This document shows, in pieces, positions 1 to 8,001 of a DNA stretch of 24,227 bases (positions are counted from its first letter, which is position 1; every line of letters starts with the position of its first letter). The DNA is from a virus. Taxonomy: Duplodnaviria > Caudoviricetes. Both the position numbers and the translations under genes were made by a program. Below the pieces are notes generated by a model. That model was not told the origin of the DNA. It was given only the letters and a program-made list of their open reading frames with translations, and made no database searches. The DNA lies in IMG/VR virus record IMGVR_UViG_3300048881_000107, positions 1 through 24,227 of that record; one strand, 5' to 3'.

Positions 1-42
1 TTACTTTAAATAGTAGAAATTAAATCCTTTATGTGATAAATT

Positions 43-66
43 ACCCTACTTTATGTGGGGTTTTTT
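43..66 (+). terminator. Probable rho-independent terminator for a gene upstream of the window
   Basis: ACCCTAC-TTTAT-GTGGGGT stem with G-U pairs, followed by a T run. Confidence 0.6.
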
Positions 67-149
67 ATTAATATATTTTTTCAATTGGGACAAGTTCAGC
101 AAATTTTATGCAAGGTTGTAGCAATTTAGTTAAAAGTTATAATTGTTTG

Positions 150-338
150 TTTAGCGGGGTTGTTTGATTCTTTGAGTATAAAGTGTTTACACAAGTACTC
201 CTTTAATTATCTCCAAAACCAACAGATTAGATAGTCGAATCTCCCCCGCTGACGCTCCTCTGATTCTCCATTTATCAGTTCTGTGATTAGGAGATTAAGG
301 AGTGGTTGGTGGTTTGTGTTGGTTAGCTTTTGAATTAT
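150..338 (-). ncRNA. Candidate structured non-coding RNA or origin-associated transcript
   Basis: Downstream of a minus-strand promoter (345-373) with no sizeable ORF. Long bulged hairpin at 197-303, and loop CCCCGCT (244-250) is complementary to AGCGGGG (153-159). Confidence 0.4.
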
Positions 339-344
339 AGTAAT

Positions 345-373
345 ATTATACCATACTTTTTATCATAAAGCAA
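345..373 (-). promoter_or_regulatory. sigma70-type promoter, leftward
   Basis: Minus strand reads AAAAATGGTTC-TTGCTT-17 nt-TATAAT, the same architecture as the other promoters in the window. Confidence 0.75.
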
Positions 374-505
374 GAACCATTTTTCTGAGGGGTGTTTGCG
401 TCTGGGTTGGAATTAGTTTTTGAAACGAAAAAATAAATTATTTTTTGGATAACGATAATGATTTTGTGTGTTGGTAGTCTCTGTGGTGACAATGTGACCA
501 ACGAT

Positions 506-730
506 TTAATACCAATGATTAGGTCTTCGCTTCATATATCTCTTTTCTGCTTCAGTTATCTTCTCTTGACGACGCTTGGCGGCATTGAGTTTTCTTTGTT
601 TTTTCTGGGCGGGTTTCTCATAATATTGCTTTTTTCTTACCTCTAGAAGAACGCCTGACTTATCCACTTTTCTACGGAAGATGCGCAGCGCTTTGTCGAA
701 GTTCATATTTTTGCAATATACTTTAGGCAT
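506..730 (-). CDS. rpsU: Phage-encoded 30S ribosomal protein bS21
   Basis: FDKALRIFRRKVDKSGVLLEVRKKQYYEKPAQKKQRKLNAAKRR matches the bS21 signature (ALRRFKR...E.RKRE.YEKP). Confidence 0.92.
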   Translation of the reverse strand: MPKVYCKNMNFDKALRIFRRKVDKSGVLLEVRKKQYYEKPAQKKQRKLNAAKRRQEKITEAEKRYMKRRPNHWY

Positions 731-893
731 CAGTCCTTCTATTAAATCTGAACCCTTTGCGTCTTAGATAATAGACATGCGAGCGAATCTGCTCAGCTGT
801 TCTGCTAAGTAGTATTTCAATCTCGCTAATTGGTAAAGAGTTGTAATGCTCTCTTAAAATAGCGTTTTCTTTGTCTGTCCAAGATTTACCCAT
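723..893 (-). CDS. Small Myb/SANT-like HTH protein (56 aa, not in ORF track)
   Basis: Manual translation MGKSWTDKENAILREHYNSLPISEIEILLSRTAEQIRSHVYYLRRKGFRFNRRTDA shows a WT.EE..IL...Y...RT..QI pattern. Its end overlaps the bS21 start. Confidence 0.75.
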   Translation of the reverse strand: MGKSWTDKENAILREHYNSLPISEIEILLSRTAEQIRSHVYYLRRKGFRFNRRTDA

Positions 894-899
894 ATAGTT

Positions 900-928
900 A
901 TTATACTAAAATTAGACATTAAAGTCAA
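900..928 (-). promoter_or_regulatory. sigma70-type promoter, leftward, for the HTH-bS21 operon
   Basis: Minus strand TTGACT (928-923)-17 nt-TATAAT (905-900), with ATG 6 nt after the -10 box. Confidence 0.85.
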
Positions 929-959
929 GGAATATTTTTAGGTAAGGTGTAATTAAATC

Positions 960-988
960 TTGACTTGGCTCTTGAAAATTGGTATAAT
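960..988 (+). promoter_or_regulatory. sigma70-type promoter, rightward, divergent from the 900-928 promoter
   Basis: TTGACT-17 nt-TATAAT. Confidence 0.85.
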
Positions 989-1016
989 ATATGTATATTA
1001 AAAATTAGGAAAGAAA

Positions 1017-1592
1017 ATGGAAAGACAGTATCATGGCTTTAATTTTGAAGATGCGGTTAAAAAAGTATTAGGCGAAGAAGATCGCGGATACACCGCTAAG
1101 TTTGATATAGTGCATAACGAAATGCCTATATCAGTAAAATTTATTAGAAACGGCGGTAGTGTAGACTGCGGTAGTTTCAAACGAATTTGGGAACATTGTG
1201 TTAATACTATAGAGACAGGAGAATCTTGGTATATGGTATTAGGTAGACATGAGGGCAAGAACTGCACGGCAGTATATGAACTTGAGTTTACTCCTGAAAG
1301 ATGCAAACAAGTAATGGGAAAACTACCAACAGAAGAAGTATACGCAGTATGTGATCTGATAAGTCTCAGCACTTTTCCAGTAGGAGAACACGCTGAATGT
1401 AGAGCAACTGCTCAAGAATGGAAAACTGAATGGAAACATTTATTTGGTAAGATAACCCCTGCCCCTAAAGTGGATAGTGGTTATCAACGCAGAATGCAAT
1501 GCACTTTCAATAACACTTGTTTAAAGTTCTTATTCGGAGATTTAGTTCAAAGTGAAAAGTATGAAAAACTAGTCGGAGTTCAGTTTGGATAG
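1017..1592 (+). CDS. Putative restriction endonuclease-like (PD-(D/E)xK-type) protein
   Basis: HGFNFE...YTAKFDI...ISVK arrangement (E...D...xK). Overlaps the start of a DNA methyltransferase. Confidence 0.5.
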   Translation: MERQYHGFNFEDAVKKVLGEEDRGYTAKFDIVHNEMPISVKFIRNGGSVDCGSFKRIWEHCVNTIETGESWYMVLGRHEGKNCTAVYELEFTPERCKQVMGKLPTEEVYAVCDLISLSTFPVGEHAECRATAQEWKTEWKHLFGKITPAPKVDSGYQRRMQCTFNNTCLKFLFGDLVQSEKYEKLVGVQFG

Positions 1593-2370
1593 TAAAGACG
1601 CAGATAAATTTTATACTAATTCAGATGTAGTGGAGTTCTGTGGTCTAATGTATTCTAAATATGTTAGAGTAGGAGTGGAAACAGTAGTCGAGCCTTCCGC
1701 TGGAGCGGGAGCTTTTGGCTTATATGTAGATATAATGCTAGACTTGTATCCCGAACCCAACGTGCCTGGCATTATAAAACAAGATTTTCTAAAGTGGGAT
1801 AGTAGTCAGTATAAATTCTACTTAGGAAACCCACCATTCGGAAGGAACTCATCATTAGCCAAGAAATTTTTTAATCACGCAGCTAAAGGCAAGGGCATAA
1901 TTGGATTTATCCTACCCAGAACCTTTAGAAAGAGTAGTATAACGAACAGTTTAGATTTGAACTTCTGGTTATTAGAGGAGTGTATTTTAAATAAAAACTC
2001 ATTTACATTAGAAGGCAAACCTTATGCTGTTCCGTGCGTATTTCAGATATGGGAATATAGAGTGGAAAAACGAACAAAAATTCAACTTCCAACAACTCAT
2101 TCAGATTTTAGTTTTGTTTCTAAAGAAGAAGCAGACTTCTCTATCCGTAGAGTAGGAGGCAACGCAGGTAAAATAAATCCGCATAATAATTATGCAGCAG
2201 CTTCCAATTACTTTATAAAAGTAGAGAATGACATGAAACACGCTCAGGCGGTATTTTCTGAAATACAATCAAGACTGCAGGAACGAGCAAAAGATACTGC
2301 AGGTAATCCAAGTATAGGCAAGGGTGAGTTAATCCTTGAATATACACAATTTATGAGGGAAAACACATGA
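1585..2370 (+). CDS. Amino-type (likely N6-adenine) DNA methyltransferase
   Basis: DKFYT motif X, EPSAGAGAF motif I and GNPPFG motif IV. TTG start with GGAG upstream. Confidence 0.88.
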   Translation: MDSKDADKFYTNSDVVEFCGLMYSKYVRVGVETVVEPSAGAGAFGLYVDIMLDLYPEPNVPGIIKQDFLKWDSSQYKFYLGNPPFGRNSSLAKKFFNHAAKGKGIIGFILPRTFRKSSITNSLDLNFWLLEECILNKNSFTLEGKPYAVPCVFQIWEYRVEKRTKIQLPTTHSDFSFVSKEEADFSIRRVGGNAGKINPHNNYAAASNYFIKVENDMKHAQAVFSEIQSRLQERAKDTAGNPSIGKGELILEYTQFMRENT

Positions 2371-2519
2371 TGTTATCACAAGACGATATTTTATTATTAC
2401 AAGCCATAACCATTTGTATCTGTTCGATAGGACTCGGTTATAGCTGGGGAAAATATAAAGGGATTTCAATAACCTTGGATTACTTGAATGAAGAAGGTTT
2501 CATCGACCTAGATGATTGA
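2367..2519 (+). CDS. Small membrane protein (50 aa, not in ORF track)
   Basis: Start overlaps the MTase stop (ATGA). MMLSQDDILLLQAITICICSIGLGYSWGKYKG... has one hydrophobic segment. Confidence 0.65.
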   Translation: MMLSQDDILLLQAITICICSIGLGYSWGKYKGISITLDYLNEEGFIDLDD

Positions 2520-2528
2520 AAATAGTTC

Positions 2529-2557
2529 TTGACAAGCAGTCCAATTTTTGATATAAT
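2529..2557 (+). promoter_or_regulatory. sigma70 consensus promoter for Hsp20
   Basis: AAAATAGTTC-TTGACA-17 nt-TATAAT. Confidence 0.9.
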
Positions 2558-2562
2558 TTAGA

Positions 2563-2648
2563 TAAGTGTGCGAAATGGGTTTGCATACTTAATAACTAGC
2601 TAATACCGCAAGGATTAGCATTAATTTAACGAAAGTGAATTAAAGGAG
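2563..2648 (+). promoter_or_regulatory. Structured 5' UTR of Hsp20 (three hairpins)
   Basis: Hairpins at 2563-2591, 2599-2619 (GCAA loop) and 2621-2643 (GAAA loop), the last abutting SD AGGAG at 2644-2648. Confidence 0.55.
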
Positions 2649-2654
2649 AAAACA

Positions 2655-3044
2655 ATGGTTGATACAATTAGTAGAGAACTATTTAGAAATTTTTGGTTAG
2701 GACACAACCCTAGTTGGTTTGATAATATGCCTCACTCGCAATCCTACCCAAGATATAACTTAGTAGATAATGACACAGGGTTCAAGCTAGAAATAGCGGT
2801 TCCCGGCTGGAGTAAAAAGGAACTAGAAGTAGTCCTTAAAGATAACGAACTCAGAATTTCTGGTTCAAAATCAAACAAAGGTGAAGATAGCTATCTCCAT
2901 CAGGGATTAAGCCAAAAGTCTTTTGATAGACGATTTGTTCTTAACTCAGATTTAGAGGTCAAGAGTGTGAAGTTGGAAAACGGAATGCTCGACATTGAAA
3001 TGACTCAGACTGCAGGCAACAAAACAGTTTTAGAAATTCAATAA
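2655..3044 (+). CDS. Small heat shock protein (Hsp20/IbpA-like)
   Basis: YPRYNL...LEIAVPG...YLHQGLSQKSFDRRF.L...LENGML alpha-crystallin domain motifs. Confidence 0.92.
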   Translation: MVDTISRELFRNFWLGHNPSWFDNMPHSQSYPRYNLVDNDTGFKLEIAVPGWSKKELEVVLKDNELRISGSKSNKGEDSYLHQGLSQKSFDRRFVLNSDLEVKSVKLENGMLDIEMTQTAGNKTVLEIQ

Positions 3045-3055
3045 AAAATTTTTTT

Positions 3056-3085
3056 TGGGGCGGTAGTTCTCGAGCTGCCGTCTCA
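3056..3085 (+). other. GC-rich hairpin after Hsp20 (possible terminator or processing site)
   Basis: TGGGGCGGTAGTT-CTCG-AGCTGCCGTCTCA, with no strong U tract after it. Confidence 0.4.
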
Positions 3086-3113
3086 TTAGTCTATTCTACT
3101 TAACAGGTAAAGT

Positions 3114-3614
3114 ATGAAAATTAAATGGATAATCATTTCGCTTTTAATAACAGGTCTAATTTGGAGTATTTATATGCAACTTAGCAATACAGGAACGCAT
3201 TTATTAAAGTATTTTGAGGGCTGCAAGACAGTCGCATATCAAGATAGCGTAGGCGTTTGGACAATAGGCTACGGACACACAAAAGGCGTGTATAAAGGTA
3301 TGACGATAACTCAAGACGAAGCAGATAGTATGCTTTTGACCGAGTTAGAGGAGTATGAAAGCTATGTGGAAAACATGGTCACAGTAGAACTTAATCAAGA
3401 ACAGTTTGATGCCCTAGTTGTGTGGATATACAACCTCGGACCGACTAACTTTAAAAACAGTACACTATTGAGGAAACTAAATAGTGGAGACTATAGTGCT
3501 GTACCCACCGAAATTAAAAGGTGGAACAAAGCAGGCGGTAAAGTTCTAGAAGGATTAGTTAAAAGAAGAGAAGCGGAAGCATTATTATTTGAAGGACAAG
3601 CGTGGCAAAATTAA
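3114..3614 (+). CDS. GH24 lysozyme (endolysin), possibly SAR-type
   Basis: FEG...AYQDSVGVWTIGYGHT (E-8aa-D-5aa-T triad) and RWNKAGGKVLEGLVKRREAE. Hydrophobic N-terminus, alternative ATG at 3174. Confidence 0.92.
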   Translation: MKIKWIIISLLITGLIWSIYMQLSNTGTHLLKYFEGCKTVAYQDSVGVWTIGYGHTKGVYKGMTITQDEADSMLLTELEEYESYVENMVTVELNQEQFDALVVWIYNLGPTNFKNSTLLRKLNSGDYSAVPTEIKRWNKAGGKVLEGLVKRREAEALLFEGQAWQN

Positions 3615-3961
3615 AAGCATTTTTTAGTAATACATTTATGAAAATTAAGTGGTATACTATTATCTTTTTTAGTAGAGCATATACTTGGACTAAAACAATG
3701 CCCCTGCGTTTTTGTAAATTTTTATGGAAATGGCTTAAGAAGGGTATCTTATGGCTTTATGAGTGGTTATATTATAAATTATTTCCACGATACAAACTAA
3801 CAGTCTCCTACGATAAAGAGTGGGAAAACGATGATGATAGAGAGTATGAAGTCAAAAAAATGATGATAGAAAAACCAAACTATCTAAAGTTCAAAACTGA
3901 TGATGGAATCGTTGAAATCCGTTCACCTTCAGGAATAAATACAAGACTTGAAGAACTTTAA
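3602..3961 (+). CDS. Hypothetical protein in the lysis cassette
   Basis: Overlapping ORF with an aromatic/basic amphipathic N-terminal half. Confidence 0.6.
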   Translation: MAKLKAFFSNTFMKIKWYTIIFFSRAYTWTKTMPLRFCKFLWKWLKKGILWLYEWLYYKLFPRYKLTVSYDKEWENDDDREYEVKKMMIEKPNYLKFKTDDGIVEIRSPSGINTRLEEL

Positions 3962-4110
3962 TGAAGAACATAAACGAACGTCGTAGGGCAAGACTCGGGC
4001 CAAACGACTACAAGAGAAGAAAGAGAGCAAAAAGACAAGAAGAAAGAGCCTTAAATGTGCTTACTTTTACTATCATATTAATGGTAGCTTGTTTAATTAC
4101 AACTCTCTAG
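3961..4110 (+). CDS. Small basic protein with C-terminal TM helix (holin/antiholin candidate, 49 aa, not in ORF track)
   Basis: TAATG coupling to the upstream gene. MKNINERRRARLGPNDYKRRKRAKRQEERALNVLTFTIILMVACLITTL. Confidence 0.5.
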   Translation: MKNINERRRARLGPNDYKRRKRAKRQEERALNVLTFTIILMVACLITTL

Positions 4111-4119
4111 GAGTAAAAT

Positions 4120-4515
4120 ATGAATCAACTTTTTGTAGGAATAATTCTAGTCATGGGAATAACTGGTTATTTCCTGTGGATAGAGAACACAAATTTAAAG
4201 GCAGAAAACATGGCGTATGAATTAAAACACGCAGCACAAGAAGAAGCCTTAGAACAACTACAGAATGACTTTGAATTACAGGGAAGTGCCCTAATGAATA
4301 TACAATCTAAGAGCCAAGAGATTCAGAACGAAATGAATCGCTACTTAGATATATTCAAAAGGCACAACTTGTCAAAACTAGCGGCTGCAAAGCCAGGATT
4401 AATAGAACCAAAAGCTAATAAAGCTACCAAGGAGGTATTTGATGGAATCGAAGAAGATAGTCGCCATATTGACGATCTCGACGATAATGTTGTCGAGTTG
4501 CAGCCTGTTCCCTAG
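4120..4515 (+). CDS. Putative i-spanin (Rz-like)
   Basis: N-terminal TM helix followed by coiled coil, AGGAG RBS, downstream of the endolysin. Confidence 0.7.
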   Translation: MNQLFVGIILVMGITGYFLWIENTNLKAENMAYELKHAAQEEALEQLQNDFELQGSALMNIQSKSQEIQNEMNRYLDIFKRHNLSKLAAAKPGLIEPKANKATKEVFDGIEEDSRHIDDLDDNVVELQPVP

Positions 4516-4891
4516 CAAGAAAGAGGTTAGTATAACAACTAAAGCTGTGGAAAGACAGATTATGCAACCTGTCATGCCTCGTGAGATAGACTTAAAAGAC
4601 CCGTATTGGTATGTAGTATCCGAGAAAAATATAGAAGAATTCTTAGCCAGAGTAGAAAAAGAACAGGGACAAGTAGTATTTTTTGCCATGTCAGTCCCTG
4701 ATTATGAATTAATGGCATATAATATGCAGGAGTTAAAACGATATATTCGTGAACTCAAAGAGGTAGTAGTCTATTATAGGACAGTTACAATGCCCCAAGA
4801 ACCTAAAAAGGAATCGAAGGCAGATGGAGAAAGTAAACGTCCAACAGTAGGAATATTCCCAAGAGATAAAAATGAAAGCAATACCGATTAA
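4442..4891 (+). CDS. Putative o-spanin lipoprotein (Rz1-like)
   Basis: Signal peptide with lipobox LSSC, overlaps the 3' end of the i-spanin in another frame, GGAGG RBS. Confidence 0.72.
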   Translation: MESKKIVAILTISTIMLSSCSLFPSKKEVSITTKAVERQIMQPVMPREIDLKDPYWYVVSEKNIEEFLARVEKEQGQVVFFAMSVPDYELMAYNMQELKRYIRELKEVVVYYRTVTMPQEPKKESKADGESKRPTVGIFPRDKNESNTD

Positions 4892-5564
4892 AAATTTAAC
4901 ACTTTTAAGAGAATTAGATAAATTATCAAGGTTTATATTAAAAAGACCTTACACCTTTAATGATGTAGGGAGGGATTTTCCTGACCTAACATTTGCTACT
5001 TTAGAAAAACATAAAGCAGACAGTGATTTTGTAGGGTTACCTAAAGAGTATAACATGGAGTCCAGAAACTATATATGGGAGAAATCTTATGTAGGAGCTA
5101 GTATGGATAATATGCAAAAGCTAAAGACATGGAAACCTTTAATAAAAGGTCCGTATCAAATGTTTAGAACTAACTTTATTAGGGGATTTAGACAATGGAT
5201 TCCCGGCGCAGAAAACCGTAATTGGTATTACGATACCATTGGTGTGCAACCCGCATACGCAGGTTTTCAAGGTTGGAGTAATTCTAAAAACAAACCAAGA
5301 CATTCTTTCCGTTTCATTTGGAATAGTGGAGACGGCTTTAGCAGAGGCGTAGCAGACGGAAGATATACTTATATCCCAGATCAAAAGAATATTGCAGGTT
5401 CTAAAAATTGGACTTGTATAACAAATACTTTTGATGAACAGGGAGAGACATGGTTTGCAGATAGGAATACAGGTCGAACCCCCAGAGTAGTTATTGATGT
5501 ATCAATACCTACAAGATACCAAGCTAGGTATAAAGAAGCACTTAATTTTATACAACACTACTAG
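4872..5564 (+). CDS. Hypothetical protein, possibly a degenerate 2OG-Fe(II) oxygenase-like fold
   Basis: GFQGWSN...FIWNSGDG...WFA...PRVV pattern recalls phage DSBH oxygenases but lacks the expected His residues. Confidence 0.45.
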   Translation: MKAIPIKNLTLLRELDKLSRFILKRPYTFNDVGRDFPDLTFATLEKHKADSDFVGLPKEYNMESRNYIWEKSYVGASMDNMQKLKTWKPLIKGPYQMFRTNFIRGFRQWIPGAENRNWYYDTIGVQPAYAGFQGWSNSKNKPRHSFRFIWNSGDGFSRGVADGRYTYIPDQKNIAGSKNWTCITNTFDEQGETWFADRNTGRTPRVVIDVSIPTRYQARYKEALNFIQHY

Positions 5565-5743
5565 TGTTAAAAACAATTAAACTACTCAAGATGAGAAGGA
5601 CTTTAATAAAAGAGTCCGATTGGTTTGATAACCACCCTGCAGTACAAGCACGATTTGAAGAATTAGAAGATTGGTGTGAAGAATTGGAGAATAGATTAAA
5701 CAAGTTGGAAAATGATATTAAAAAGCCAGAAAAACCAAGTTGA
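5564..5743 (+). CDS. Small hypothetical protein (59 aa, not in ORF track)
   Basis: GTG start overlapping the upstream stop. ...WFDNHPAVQARFEELEDWCEELENRLNKLE coiled coil. Confidence 0.6.
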   Translation: MLKTIKLLKMRRTLIKESDWFDNHPAVQARFEELEDWCEELENRLNKLENDIKKPEKPS

Positions 5744-6149
5744 AGCCTTTTTAGTGGAGAGTAATGAGGGGTTAGTTTGGCATGAGTATAATGCCGTGCC
5801 AGTTGATATTGAGGACATCTTTTGTCCTGTCAACCAAAGACAATCATTATCTGGGTATAAGTACCTATTCGATGTGATTTCGTCTGATAAGAGTATGAAA
5901 ACCCCTATCATACTTATTCGCAATACACAAACCAACTATGATATGGCTATAAGACAAGTCCGTAAGGATTTTGTAGTACCTAGAAACGAAAATAAAGATT
6001 TGTTAGCATACAATGGAAATCAGAGAATACAAATAGCTAAAGAGCTAGGTTATATTGCTATTTCTTCTATGCTAGTAGAAAGTGTCCAATGGGCATATAC
6101 AGTTCATTTAGTATTAGATGAAGGAAGAATAACTAATAATGAAGTTTAA
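5712..6149 (+). CDS. ParB/Srx-like domain protein
   Basis: MKTPIILI...YNGNQRIQIAKELG resembles the ParB-like G..R motif. Confidence 0.5.
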   Translation: MILKSQKNQVEAFLVESNEGLVWHEYNAVPVDIEDIFCPVNQRQSLSGYKYLFDVISSDKSMKTPIILIRNTQTNYDMAIRQVRKDFVVPRNENKDLLAYNGNQRIQIAKELGYIAISSMLVESVQWAYTVHLVLDEGRITNNEV

Positions 6150-6696
6150 TTATAATTTATTTAAAGAATTAAGTGATGACATTCTATATTATATGCCAGC
6201 ACAGAATGACTGGCGGTCTCCTAGAGCAGACTCTTATCAATTATATGATTTAGATACTCCTAATGGAATAGCAACATATAACACTTCTTTTCCTAAATGG
6301 AGAGAACAAAGAGTATATATTTTCGATGAAATTAGAAGATTAGTAGAAGTACCAGAACCTAAGAAAATACATAGAATAAACTTAGTAAAACATACTGATA
6401 GTTCTTTTTCTGTGCCTATACATACTGAAGGAAGAATGCACTATTACTTTATGATGAAAGCAAGTGCGGATATAGTTCTAGTAAGTAGAGGTATGAGTGA
6501 CGCTGTGAAACATATGAGCCACCCACAAAATGATTATGATATAATTCCTTATGGGCAGCCAGAGTCAGCTTATTCACACCTTCGAAGGCATAAAGCTAGA
6601 AAAGGAGACTGTTATTCAGTAGGAAATAGATGGACTTCTATATTATACCCTAAAAAAGATACACTATATTTTTATGTGGAGACAGATACAAAATGA
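6139..6696 (+). CDS. Hypothetical cupin/2OG-Fe(II) oxygenase-like protein
   Basis: VPIHTE (H-x-E) and K.GD beta-strand pattern, among oxygenase genes. Confidence 0.4.
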   Translation: MKFNYNLFKELSDDILYYMPAQNDWRSPRADSYQLYDLDTPNGIATYNTSFPKWREQRVYIFDEIRRLVEVPEPKKIHRINLVKHTDSSFSVPIHTEGRMHYYFMMKASADIVLVSRGMSDAVKHMSHPQNDYDIIPYGQPESAYSHLRRHKARKGDCYSVGNRWTSILYPKKDTLYFYVETDTK

Positions 6697-7496
6697 TACC
6701 AATTTTTATAGGAACTAGTAATTATGAGGACGCTTGGATTGAAAGAATCTTAGCATATAGTTTACTAAAGAATACAAAAGAGAAGTTAGATATCTATTGG
6801 CTTAGACCTAAATATTTTCCTAAGTGGAACAAAGATGGGTGGGGAACTCCTTTTACTAATTATAGATATGCAATTCCTCATTTAATGAACTATAAAGGTA
6901 AGGCAATCTATATGGATTGCGATCAAATAAACTTTAGAGATATTGCTGAGCTTTACGAAGAAGGCTTAGACGGCAAAATAGTAAGTATGGTATGGGACGC
7001 TTTAATGTGGAACGGATCAAAGTGGCGAGATACTCCTCATGAACGGGGTTTTTATTGTGATAGTGTTATGGTAATAGACTGTAAAAAGTTTGGAGACTTT
7101 ATAGGAAGTATAGATTCTATAAAAAATGCAAAATTTGGATTTAAAAGAGATGTATTTGATAGACTAGGGTGTCCAGATAGAAGTAAAGGAAAGGAACTGA
7201 TAAAAGAATTAAACCCTAGGTGGAATGCTTTCGATGGAAGGAACACTTCTTATATTATCAAGAGCTTGAAAGGTAGAGATAAATATTCAGAAGCTACTAA
7301 ACAACAACCTGAGTTTCCTTTAGAAGAAATATGGCATTTACATTTTACAGGTATGAGTACACAACCTTGGCACCCTAAGTATAGTCCTTGGGCGAAAGGA
7401 ATACTACCGAGAGAAGATATTTTAAAAGTTATGTGGGAACTAAACAGAGAAGTGTCTATGATAGAAAATAGAGGAGAAAAACCAAATGGCTGCTAG
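6693..7496 (+). CDS. GT-A glycosyltransferase (GT8-like phage family)
   Basis: IPIFIG, WGTPFTNYRY, GKAIYMDCDQ (DxD), SVMVIDC, WN..DG and LHFT....QPW. Confidence 0.82.
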   Translation: MIPIFIGTSNYEDAWIERILAYSLLKNTKEKLDIYWLRPKYFPKWNKDGWGTPFTNYRYAIPHLMNYKGKAIYMDCDQINFRDIAELYEEGLDGKIVSMVWDALMWNGSKWRDTPHERGFYCDSVMVIDCKKFGDFIGSIDSIKNAKFGFKRDVFDRLGCPDRSKGKELIKELNPRWNAFDGRNTSYIIKSLKGRDKYSEATKQQPEFPLEEIWHLHFTGMSTQPWHPKYSPWAKGILPREDILKVMWELNREVSMIENRGEKPNGC

Positions 7497-8001
7497 AGTA
7501 GAGACAGTCTATACAAAAGAAGAAATTGATTTATTCAAAGAAGAATTTGATGATTTATTTCCGTATAGTATAAAAAGATTAAATAACTTATTTCATATGA
7601 TAGGAAGGAGACCCGATCCTAAACATGAAATTGTTGTTGATAAGCCCGTTGCAGGATATAAAGAAGTAATAACTAATTACTACTTAGACTATATACCTGA
7701 CTCTTTTGCAAGATTTCATGCTGACCGCCCTCCTAAGATGACAGCAATAACTCTTATAGATAAATCAGATGACTTAGAAGGCGGAGAGTTTATAGTATTA
7801 AAGGCTTTTAAGAAAAAGCATTTTAATGAACGTTTTATATTTGATTCAATGGGAAGCAAACCTGCTAATGCAGGAGATTTTATTGTCCCTGAAATAATGC
7901 CTATGGAAATAGGTGAAACTTGTTTATTATGGGGCGAGCTACATGGAGTAACTGAAGTAACCAAAGGGTTTAGAAGAGTTCATGTGGCGTGGTGGGCATG
8001 A
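7486..8001 (+). CDS. 2OG-Fe(II) oxygenase
   Basis: HAD...LEGGEF...LHGVTEVTKGFRRVHVAW (HxD...H...R). Confidence 0.82.
   Translation: MAARVETVYTKEEIDLFKEEFDDLFPYSIKRLNNLFHMIGRRPDPKHEIVVDKPVAGYKEVITNYYLDYIPDSFARFHADRPPKMTAITLIDKSDDLEGGEFIVLKAFKKKHFNERFIFDSMGSKPANAGDFIVPEIMPMEIGETCLLWGELHGVTEVTKGFRRVHVAWWA

Noticed and set aside
458-646. Plus-strand 62-aa hydrophobic ORF
   Set aside because: Antisense shadow of the Lys/Arg-rich bS21 gene with no RBS
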